Shown: piece after piece, positions 57,429-64,000 of the stretch
Position numbering within the stretch: position 1 is the stretch's first letter
Layout of the letters: each line of letters starts with the position of its first letter
DNA from: an uncultured Acidobacteriaceae bacterium
Lineage (GTDB): Bacteria; Acidobacteriota; Terriglobia; Terriglobales; Acidobacteriaceae
Direction: 5' to 3'
NCBI GenBank assembly: GCA_963751285.1
Contig: CAVVUE010000005.1
Span: 301,482 to 365,481, forward strand
DNA: 64,000 nucleotides
Program-made: the position numbers and the translations under genes
Notes under the pieces: generated by a model
The model's database searches: none
Told to the model about the DNA's origin: nothing
The model's input: the letters and a program-made list of their open reading frames with translations, nothing else

Positions 57429-58067
57429 ATGACCGATCCTGAACGCGCGGTGTGGCACAGCAATGTAATTCCCGCCTCAACCGAAGCCGCGCTTGGTGCA
57501 CTGCGAGATGCAACACTGCTCGATGGTTTCTACCTCGGGTGCGGAACCGGTCTGGCTCTTCAGCTTGGACATCGGCTCTCTCGGGACCTAGATTTCTTTG
57601 TGCAGGATCACTTCAACGAGGATGTTTTTCTCCAACGCCTTCAGAAACTCGGTGGCTTTGCATTGGCTGCTAAAGCACCTGACACACTCCACGCGACGAT
57701 CCATGAAGCGAAAGTGAGTTTCCTGGGCTATACGTACCCAGTGCTCTTTCCGATGAACTCCTTCTTGGAGGTGGCCGTCGCTGATCCTCGCGATATTGCT
57801 TGCATGAAATTGAGTGCCATCGCCAGCCGCGGTACTAAGCGTAATTTCATTGATCTCTACTTTTGCGTCCAACGCTACGGCCTCAAAGCGATCCTGAACC
57901 TCTTTGAACAAAAGTACGCGCAGACGAATTTGAGCCGCATTCACATCCTCAAATCGCTTTCCTTCTTCGACGACGCAGAACGCGATCCCCTGCCCCACAT
58001 GCTCGTCGCGCTCGATTGGGACAGGGTGAAGCAGTTCTTTCGCAAAGAAGCGCCGCAGCTAATCTGA
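57429..58067 (+). CDS. AbiEii/AbiGii-family nucleotidyltransferase toxin (DUF1814)
   Basis: GFYLGCGTGLALQLGHRLSRDLDFFV (NTase Gly-rich loop plus DxD), KLSAIASRGTKRNFIDLY. ATG 57429 follows AAGGAAG. Confidence 0.8.
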   Translation: MTDPERAVWHSNVIPASTEAALGALRDATLLDGFYLGCGTGLALQLGHRLSRDLDFFVQDHFNEDVFLQRLQKLGGFALAAKAPDTLHATIHEAKVSFLGYTYPVLFPMNSFLEVAVADPRDIACMKLSAIASRGTKRNFIDLYFCVQRYGLKAILNLFEQKYAQTNLSRIHILKSLSFFDDAERDPLPHMLVALDWDRVKQFFRKEAPQLI

Positions 58068-58398
58068 AGTGGGAGAATTCGACCATTGGAGACTGCAAAT
58101 CTCGGCCTGCGCTCTTCGCTTGGCGTCGTGCATCTCGCTTCTTCACAATCCACTCCGAGACCGCATTCGTTCATCGCAGAATTGCGCCTTTTCGTTCGCT
58201 TCCGGGGCGTGTAGCCCCTTCGCATCAAAACGGTGTTGAATACATAGCGTTGCTGCCACCCATTACACTCCTTTGCTGCCAGACACTGGATCGAGTTCTG
58301 TCAGTGAATACAGGAAGGCAAGCATGCCGGCACGCGTACGGCGTGTATGATGAAGATTGCATCAATCGATGCCATAATCGTATGCAAAGGAGGCGAAT

Positions 58399-58659
58399 AT
58401 GCCGAGATCTTCCACGGTTGCCATCAAAGATGATCCTGGCGGAACGGGAAAGGTAAAGCGCATCCGGACGACAGTAACGCTCGAATGCGATCTAATCCGC
58501 AAAGCACAGGCGTACACAGGCGTTAAAGAAAAATCGGCGTTGATTCGGGCGGCCCTAACGCAACTAGTCCAGCGCGAAGCGGCGCGGAGGCTGGCGGCGC
58601 TGGGCGGAACGATGCCCGATTTGCAAAGAATTCCACGCCGAAGAATGCCACGAAAATGA
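58399..58659 (+). CDS. vapB: VapB-family (DUF2191-type) antitoxin
   Basis: IRTTVTLECDLIRKAQAYTGVKEKSALIRAALTQLVQREAARRLAALGGTMPDLQRIPRRR. AGGAGG RBS, and a 4-nt overlap (ATGA) with vapC. Confidence 0.75.
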   Translation: MPRSSTVAIKDDPGGTGKVKRIRTTVTLECDLIRKAQAYTGVKEKSALIRAALTQLVQREAARRLAALGGTMPDLQRIPRRRMPRK

Positions 58660-59054
58660 CTCCGAAAGACACGCCCATCCTGATCGACACGAACATCTGG
58701 GTCGGACATTTCAAGACCGAGAACAAGGAAGTCTCGGCCTTGCTGGAAGCCGGGAGGGTGGTGATGCACCCCTTCATTGTTGCGGAACTGGCTCTCGGTG
58801 GTCTCCGGGATCGCAAAGCGACGCTTGCATTGCTTGATTTCCTTCCCGAGTTGCCGGTCGCCGAACTTCACGAAGTCCGTCAACTAATCGAAGTGCGAAA
58901 GCTCTACGCAGAAGGCATTGGCTTGGTCGATGCCCATCTTATCGCCTCGCTCATTATCGTCCAAACCCCGACCGAGCTCTTGACGGACGACGATGGGCTT
59001 ACGCGAGTTGCCGAAAAGCTCGGCTTTCTGGCAAAACCGCCGTTCGCTGTGTAA
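58656..59054 (+). CDS. vapC: VapC-family PIN-domain toxin
   Basis: ILIDTNIWVGHF (first acidic residue), HPFIVAELALG, GIGLVDAHLIASL. Confidence 0.85.
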   Translation: MTPKDTPILIDTNIWVGHFKTENKEVSALLEAGRVVMHPFIVAELALGGLRDRKATLALLDFLPELPVAELHEVRQLIEVRKLYAEGIGLVDAHLIASLIIVQTPTELLTDDDGLTRVAEKLGFLAKPPFAV

Positions 59055-59346
59055 CGTCCTTATGCGAATCCCTCGCGGTGTTCGAACGCGGGGCACGCCC
59101 GTGGCATGCATGATGAAGAATGCCAGCATGCCTTCGACATGGATGATATCGAGCCATTCTGTTACGACAACGTGCGCAGAGGATTTCCCCACACATCAGT
59201 TTTGCTGGGTTGGGTGAGGATCAAGTGCGAAGATTCAGGCTGGAACGGCTGCAAGTGAAATCTTTCTTATTTTGATAACTAATTGAAATAAATATAGTTA
59301 ATAGCGGATTGGTGTGACCGGACGATCCGAAGAAGGAGTACAGTAT

Positions 59347-60777
59347 ATGTATGGACCAGTTTTCCACAGGGTCCGCCAAAGTCGCGGCTTCCCCGAGCAC
59401 GCGCCGGCGATGCAGTCCGCCATGAATGCAGACAGGTATTGCGCTTACAACCTGACCCGCCAACGATTTGTGGCGTCCAACCTTGAGGCTGCGGACGGCA
59501 CCACGAGCCGTGCAGAAGCTCGGCTGCTGGAAATAGGTCCAGGCGAAGAGACAGCGCTGTGGATTTTTCCGTACAGAAAGATCTCAGCTTCAAGCACGCG
59601 CTTTCCTCTCGATCTGGTTCTTCTCGACAGCGACAGTGTCGTTCTGGAAACCGTTGAGTTCTTCCCCATGAATGTCGTTTGCGCGGCGAACGCGCAAGCC
59701 ACAAGCCTTCTTGTTTTGGCGGCAGACTCGGTGGCGCGGGGAGAAATCAAGCCCGGCGACCAGTTGGCCATCTCTGCTCCCGAAGAGATGATGCTGTATT
59801 TGCAGCGCGCGCAAAATGACAGTGGACATCTGCCCGAAACCGCGCGGGTGATCCCCTGGCCGAAGAACGGCGCAATGGCTGAAGAGCAGCCCGCCACGGC
59901 GAAGGAGGCACACAAAGCAGACGGCGTCGAGCCGGGGAAACCATGCGAAGGCGCAGTGACAGAGGCTGCCGCGCGGCCGCCTGAGAAGGAAGAATCGGCG
60001 ATCGCAGCGAGTGAATCGCCTGAGAGCGCGCCTGCAGAGGTCGTGACGGAGTTGCCGGTTCATGAAGAACCGGTGGTTGCCCCGAGTGAGCCCAGCGAGA
60101 GGACACGACCGCAAATTGCCGCAGAATTTCCAGACAAAGATGAGCCAGTAGCCGCGATGGGCCTGCACAGCCAGGTTGCTCCGATGCCGGCTCAAGCGGA
60201 GTCGCCGTGGGAAGATGCGCCGGCGCAGGAACCGCATGTCGTGCCGCTCGAGTATCGCCCGGTGAACGCACCCCCGATTCTGGTGGAGCTACCTGTTACG
60301 AATGATGTGCCGGCGGCGCCGAGTCAACGAATTCCGTGGAGGGAGGACGAAACTCGAAAGAACTGGGTCATGCGCCTGCTGAAAGGCGAAGATCGCGATC
60401 CGCGAAGTGCGCCGCGGCAATCGCTTCCGGGGCTCGTCGCCTATTTCTTCACGGGAGGAGCTCCCAAGCCGGACGCGGTTCGCGATATGAGCATGACGGG
60501 GTTGTACCTCGTTACCCGCGAACGCTGGTATATGGGCACAGTCGTTCAAATGACATTGACCAACCGGAACCGATCGATCATCGGGCCATCGATGTCGCTG
60601 TATGCGCAAGCCGTTCGGTCGGAAAGCGATGGTGTTGGCTTCCGTTTCGTTCTGGAAGAGGACCGTCACCGCCATGACAGAGTCATCGAGCCATACGGCC
60701 CGACGAACGGGATCAACAGAATGCAAGTCGGAAGATTCATGGAGGACTTCAAGGCAACGGATCCTGCGGCGCAATAA
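59347..60777 (+). CDS. DUF192-like N-terminal domain, long acidic Pro/Glu/Ala-rich linker, C-terminal PilZ domain
   Basis: ATG 59347 after GAAGGAG. CAYNLTRQRFVASNLEAAD...ETALWIFPYRKI...FPLDLVLLDSDSVVLETVEFFP...LLVLAADSVARGEIKPGDQL (DUF192 pattern). PilZ motifs RSAPR and DMSMTG, then GVGFRFV. Confidence 0.65.
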   Translation: MYGPVFHRVRQSRGFPEHAPAMQSAMNADRYCAYNLTRQRFVASNLEAADGTTSRAEARLLEIGPGEETALWIFPYRKISASSTRFPLDLVLLDSDSVVLETVEFFPMNVVCAANAQATSLLVLAADSVARGEIKPGDQLAISAPEEMMLYLQRAQNDSGHLPETARVIPWPKNGAMAEEQPATAKEAHKADGVEPGKPCEGAVTEAAARPPEKEESAIAASESPESAPAEVVTELPVHEEPVVAPSEPSERTRPQIAAEFPDKDEPVAAMGLHSQVAPMPAQAESPWEDAPAQEPHVVPLEYRPVNAPPILVELPVTNDVPAAPSQRIPWREDETRKNWVMRLLKGEDRDPRSAPRQSLPGLVAYFFTGGAPKPDAVRDMSMTGLYLVTRERWYMGTVVQMTLTNRNRSIIGPSMSLYAQAVRSESDGVGFRFVLEEDRHRHDRVIEPYGPTNGINRMQVGRFMEDFKATDPAAQ

Positions 60778-60930
60778 CGCAGAACGACGACGGAAGTGCG
60801 CGGCGCACATGCTCACGAAGCCGCCCTCAAGTAGGGCTGTCCCTCTTCTGAAGTGGCAGAATTCGCTCAGCATTGCTTTCGTTTTCCCCAAAAACCGTTA
60901 GACAGAAAACTGTGCGACAGGCCGCCGGGA

Positions 60931-60960
60931 TTGACACGACGGAAGGTCGGTTTGTAGGAT
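60931..60960 (+). promoter_or_regulatory. Candidate sigma70-type promoter of the ABC operon
   Basis: TTGACA (60931-60936), 18 nt, then TAGGAT (60955-60960), about 75 nt upstream of ATG 61035. Confidence 0.3.
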
Positions 60961-61034
60961 GCTAGTGTCCGAATGAAGCTCTCAGTTTGCGCTGGTAACG
61001 AGCTTTAATCCTAGTACGTCAAAGCCTTGGAACG

Positions 61035-62066
61035 ATGATTGCAGTTAAGGAGCTTACCAAACGGTACGCGCGCACGACTGCCGTTGATCGGATTTCATTC
61101 TCAGTCGATAAGGGCCAGATTGTCGGTTTCCTCGGCCCCAACGGCGCCGGGAAAACGACCACGATGCGCGTACTCACGTGTTTCCTTCCTCCGTCGGCGG
61201 GCACCGCGACCGTGGCCGGGTTCGATGTCCTGGAACAACCCCGCGAGGTGAAGAAGCGCATTGGCTATCTTCCGGAAGCGCCTCCACTCTACCCGGAGAT
61301 GGAGACAGTCGAGTATCTGCGTTTTGTCGGCAAACTGAAAGGGCTGTCAGGCGCCGACCTCGACAAGCGCGTGGACTATGTTCTGGGGCGCTGCTCCATC
61401 GCCGATGTGAAGTCTCGGCTTTTGGGCAAGCTTTCCAAGGGCTATCGTCAGCGCGTGGGGCTGGCGCAGGCCATTATCCACAACCCCGACGTGCTGATTC
61501 TCGACGAGCCGACTGCGGGGCTCGATCCCAAGCAGATCAATGAAACGCGCGACTTGATCAAGAGCCTGGCCGGCGACCACACGATCATTCTCAGCACCCA
61601 CATCCTGCCTGAAGTCGAGCAGACCTGCGAACAGGTCATCATCATCAACAAGGGCAAGCTGGTGGCCACTGATTCCGTGCGGAATCTCGAGGCACGCACG
61701 CGCGGCGTCGAGTCGGTTCAGGTGGAAGTGGCGGCACGCGACGGCGCACTCAATCCTGAAGGGGTGCAACACAAGCTCGAACAAGTGCCGGGCGTTGCTC
61801 AGGTAGTTTGCAAAAACCCCGCGGATCACCGCTTGATCTTTGAAGTGCAGAGCCAGAAGGGACAACTGGTCCGCGGAGACCTCGCGCGTGCCGTTGTCGA
61901 ATCCGGCTGGGACCTCAACGAGCTCCGCGCGGCCGGCATGAGCCTGGAAGAAATCTTTCTTGAGCTCACAGGAAACGAAACGGCCGCGGGGAATAAAGAC
62001 ATCGCCAAACCAGCGGATCAGGCGCCTGCGGACGCGGACAGATCTGCAAACGAGCCAAAAGAATGA
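61035..62066 (+). CDS. ABC transporter ATP-binding protein (GldA-like, ABC-2 type)
   Basis: Walker A GPNGAGKTTT, signature LSKGYRQRVGLA, Walker B ILDEPTAGLD. Confidence 0.9.
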   Translation: MIAVKELTKRYARTTAVDRISFSVDKGQIVGFLGPNGAGKTTTMRVLTCFLPPSAGTATVAGFDVLEQPREVKKRIGYLPEAPPLYPEMETVEYLRFVGKLKGLSGADLDKRVDYVLGRCSIADVKSRLLGKLSKGYRQRVGLAQAIIHNPDVLILDEPTAGLDPKQINETRDLIKSLAGDHTIILSTHILPEVEQTCEQVIIINKGKLVATDSVRNLEARTRGVESVQVEVAARDGALNPEGVQHKLEQVPGVAQVVCKNPADHRLIFEVQSQKGQLVRGDLARAVVESGWDLNELRAAGMSLEEIFLELTGNETAAGNKDIAKPADQAPADADRSANEPKE

Positions 62067-62830
62067 GAAACACCTGGACAATCTGCCGCAAGGAGCTGGG
62101 GAGCTACTTCGTTTCTCCGATCGCCTATCTGCTGCTGACCATGGCCGGGCTGGTCTCCGGTTTTTTCTTCTGGGTTCTCCTTCGAGATTTTGTGCTCGAA
62201 GGCATGCAGCTGCAGCTTCGCGGCGAAACCTACCCGATGAACGTGAATGAGCAGATCATCACGCCTCTGCTGATGAATGTCGGCGTCATCTTTCTGTTCT
62301 TTCTTCCCTTGATCACCATGCGGCTTTTTGCGGAAGAGAAACGCTCAGGAACCATCGAGCTGCTGGCGACCTCGCCTGTTCGCGACATCGAAATTATCCT
62401 TGGGAAATGGCTTGCCGCGCTCATCCTCTATGCGTGCATGCTGCTGTTTACCGCATTGAATTTCGTTTTTCTGTTTCTTTACGGCAATCCTGACTGGAAG
62501 CCGCTCGCCGTCGGATACCTTGGACTGATCCTGCAGGGTGGCTTGTTTCTCGCTATCGGCGCATTTATTTCCACGTTGACCAAGAACCAGATCATTGCCG
62601 GTGCCGTCACCTTTGGTATCTGCCTTTTGCTGTGGGTTCTCGAGTGGGCCTCGAGCTACGACACCGCCACCTGGGCCACAGTGTGCTCGTATCTTTCCGT
62701 GATCACGCACTTCGGCTCCTTCGCCAGGGGAGTGATTGCCACCAAGGATGTGATCTTTTATCTCACGGGAATCTTCCTGGGACTCTTTGCGACGGCACGA
62801 TCGCTCGAGTCTCTGCGCTGGAGGTCGTAA
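62063..62830 (+). CDS. ABC-2-type permease (GldF-like)
   Basis: The start overlaps the ATPase stop (ATGA). Six hydrophobic segments; RLFAEEKRSGTIELLATSPV is typical of this family. Confidence 0.8.
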   Translation: MRNTWTICRKELGSYFVSPIAYLLLTMAGLVSGFFFWVLLRDFVLEGMQLQLRGETYPMNVNEQIITPLLMNVGVIFLFFLPLITMRLFAEEKRSGTIELLATSPVRDIEIILGKWLAALILYACMLLFTALNFVFLFLYGNPDWKPLAVGYLGLILQGGLFLAIGAFISTLTKNQIIAGAVTFGICLLLWVLEWASSYDTATWATVCSYLSVITHFGSFARGVIATKDVIFYLTGIFLGLFATARSLESLRWRS

Positions 62831-64000
62831 TGGCGGCCCGGTGGCTCAAGGCGAGGCAGACCAAGTACGCGGCCTATGCATTCGTCTATGTTGCGGCGGT
62901 GATTGCCGCACTGGTTGTCCTGAATATCCTCGGAAACCGCTATAACAAGTCTCTCGACACGACTGCGAACAAGCGCTACAGCCTTTCTCCGCAGACCGCA
63001 AAGATCGTGAAGGGTCTGAAACAGAACGCGACGATCACCTACTTCAACCAGAGCACGCGATTCACTGAAGGCAAAGACCTGCTCGACGAGTATGCGAATC
63101 TGTCGCCGCGCGTCCATGTCGATTACGTCGATCCGGACAAGGATCCCGAGCTGGCGCGCGAGGACGGGGTCCGCGATTTCGGGACGGCGGTGGTCGAGAT
63201 CGGCGCGAAGAAGGACACCGCCAAGAGCATGACTGAAGAAGGCATCACGGGCTCCTTGATTCGCGACCTGAAGGGCAACACGCGCATCGTCTGCTTTGTA
63301 ACCGGAAGCGGCGAGCACCAGGTTAGCGACACCGAGCGTGACGGTCTCTCGCAATTCAGCGATCTGCTGGGCAAGGAAGAGTATCAGACGAAGGCGGTTG
63401 ATTTGCTGCAGAAGGCCGAGGTTCCTGACGAATGCACCACGCTCGTAATCGCCGGGCCCACGCGAGATTACCTCGAGCCCGAGGTCGATGCCATCAAGAC
63501 CTACGTTGAGAGCGGCGGGCGGGCTCTTTTCCTGCTTGACCCGCCGCTCCAAATGGGGCAGTCGGCGATTGCCGGCAATGATGCGCTTACGAATCTGCTC
63601 GAAAGCTGGGGCGTGACGCTGGATAAGGATCTGGTTCTTGACTTCAACCCGATCGGGCAGGTTGTTGGACTGGGTCCCCAGGTCGCCCTGGTGACGCAGT
63701 ACGATTCGCAGCCCATTGTGAGTGAGCTGAAGGGAACGGCCGTCGGACTGCCGATCACGCGCTCGCTTGAAGTCAAGGACACAGGAAAATCGACGGTTCA
63801 GAAGTTGTTCGACTCTTCTGATAACAGCCTTGCCACCAGCGACCTGAATTCTCCCTCAGTCAATCTTCGCGACCCGAAAAACAAGAAGGGGCCGTTCACG
63901 CTGGCGGCGGCCGGCAGCTTTGACACCGGCAAGCAGAACTCGCAGGGGCGCTTTGTCGTCGTTGGCAGTTCCTCGTGGGTGGCCAACCGGTTCATCGGAT
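62830..64000 (+). CDS. GldG-like ABC auxiliary component, 3'-partial (runs off window)
   Basis: Not in the ORF track because no stop is reached. The ATG at 62830 overlaps the TAA of the permease. MAARWLKARQTKYAAYAFVYVAAVIAALVVLNILGNRYNKSLDTTANKRYSLSPQT...VCFVTGSGEHQ...GGRALFLLDPP...RFVVVGSSSWVANRFIG. Confidence 0.75.
   Translation, partial: MAARWLKARQTKYAAYAFVYVAAVIAALVVLNILGNRYNKSLDTTANKRYSLSPQTAKIVKGLKQNATITYFNQSTRFTEGKDLLDEYANLSPRVHVDYVDPDKDPELAREDGVRDFGTAVVEIGAKKDTAKSMTEEGITGSLIRDLKGNTRIVCFVTGSGEHQVSDTERDGLSQFSDLLGKEEYQTKAVDLLQKAEVPDECTTLVIAGPTRDYLEPEVDAIKTYVESGGRALFLLDPPLQMGQSAIAGNDALTNLLESWGVTLDKDLVLDFNPIGQVVGLGPQVALVTQYDSQPIVSELKGTAVGLPITRSLEVKDTGKSTVQKLFDSSDNSLATSDLNSPSVNLRDPKNKKGPFTLAAAGSFDTGKQNSQGRFVVVGSSSWVANRFIG

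Noticed and set aside
1-64000. Search for CRISPR arrays, rRNA or tRNA genes, reverse transcriptases/retrons, and haem-c (CxxCH) proteins.
   Set aside because: I saw no regularly spaced direct repeats, no rRNA-like or cloverleaf-forming segments, and no RT or multi-CxxCH ORFs by eye. An Infernal/tRNAscan/minCED run would be needed to make this negative result firm.

Overview
This is a 64-kb GC-rich bacterial chromosomal segment. All calls come from reading the ORF translations and the DNA by eye; no searches were run. The gene content looks Acidobacteriota-like, but that is inference only. It includes a TonB-dependent receptor with a carboxypeptidase-regulatory-like N-terminus, many Tat-exported flavoenzymes, DUF5107 and DUF1080 proteins, and a GldA/F/G-like ABC set. 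I found no rRNA, tRNA or CRISPR array.

Left part (1.7-28 kb): a carbohydrate-utilisation region. Its core is an eight-gene minus-strand cluster: TonB receptor, Tat-signal enolase-superfamily enzyme, Tat small subunit plus GMC flavoprotein, GH30-like hydrolase, two FAD oxidoreductases, and a Tat alpha/beta hydrolase. A FadR-type GntR regulator and a sugar-porter MFS sit next to it. Two near-identical promoter-operator cassettes (TTGACG-ATGGTCAKACCA) face the receptor operon and gntR. The region is bounded and pierced by IS remains: an IS4 copy and an IS1380 stub at 0-1.7 kb, and a scrambled IS1380 remnant at 22.0-22.9 kb that truncates a glycoside hydrolase gene.

Right part (28-61 kb): an IS-riddled accessory mosaic. 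It holds:
- an intact IS1380-type element, an IS1-type transposase, and an IS256-type element with direct repeats;
- a tyrosine-recombinase fragment;
- three toxin-antitoxin-like modules (an orphan Phd-like gene, a DUF6922-like/AbiEii pair, and VapBC);
- RecD2 next to a lysine/alanine-rich H1-like protein;
- a FAD-oxidoreductase/GH16-like fusion with a non-canonical catalytic motif, two PagL-like outer-membrane proteins, a decayed propeller-GGDEF sensor, and a DUF192-PilZ fusion.

At least six genes show frameshifts, a nonsense codon or a truncation. Two of the frameshifts sit in identical C6 runs, so sequencing error must be excluded.

I did not find an unambiguous, self-contained new system. 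The best candidates for something undescribed are:
1. the apparently periplasmic dehydrogenase / hydrolase / enolase-family dehydratase route;
2. the IS1380-linked two-gene cargo inside a split hydrolase gene;
3. the FAD-GH16-like fusion;
4. the non-canonical AbiEii pair.
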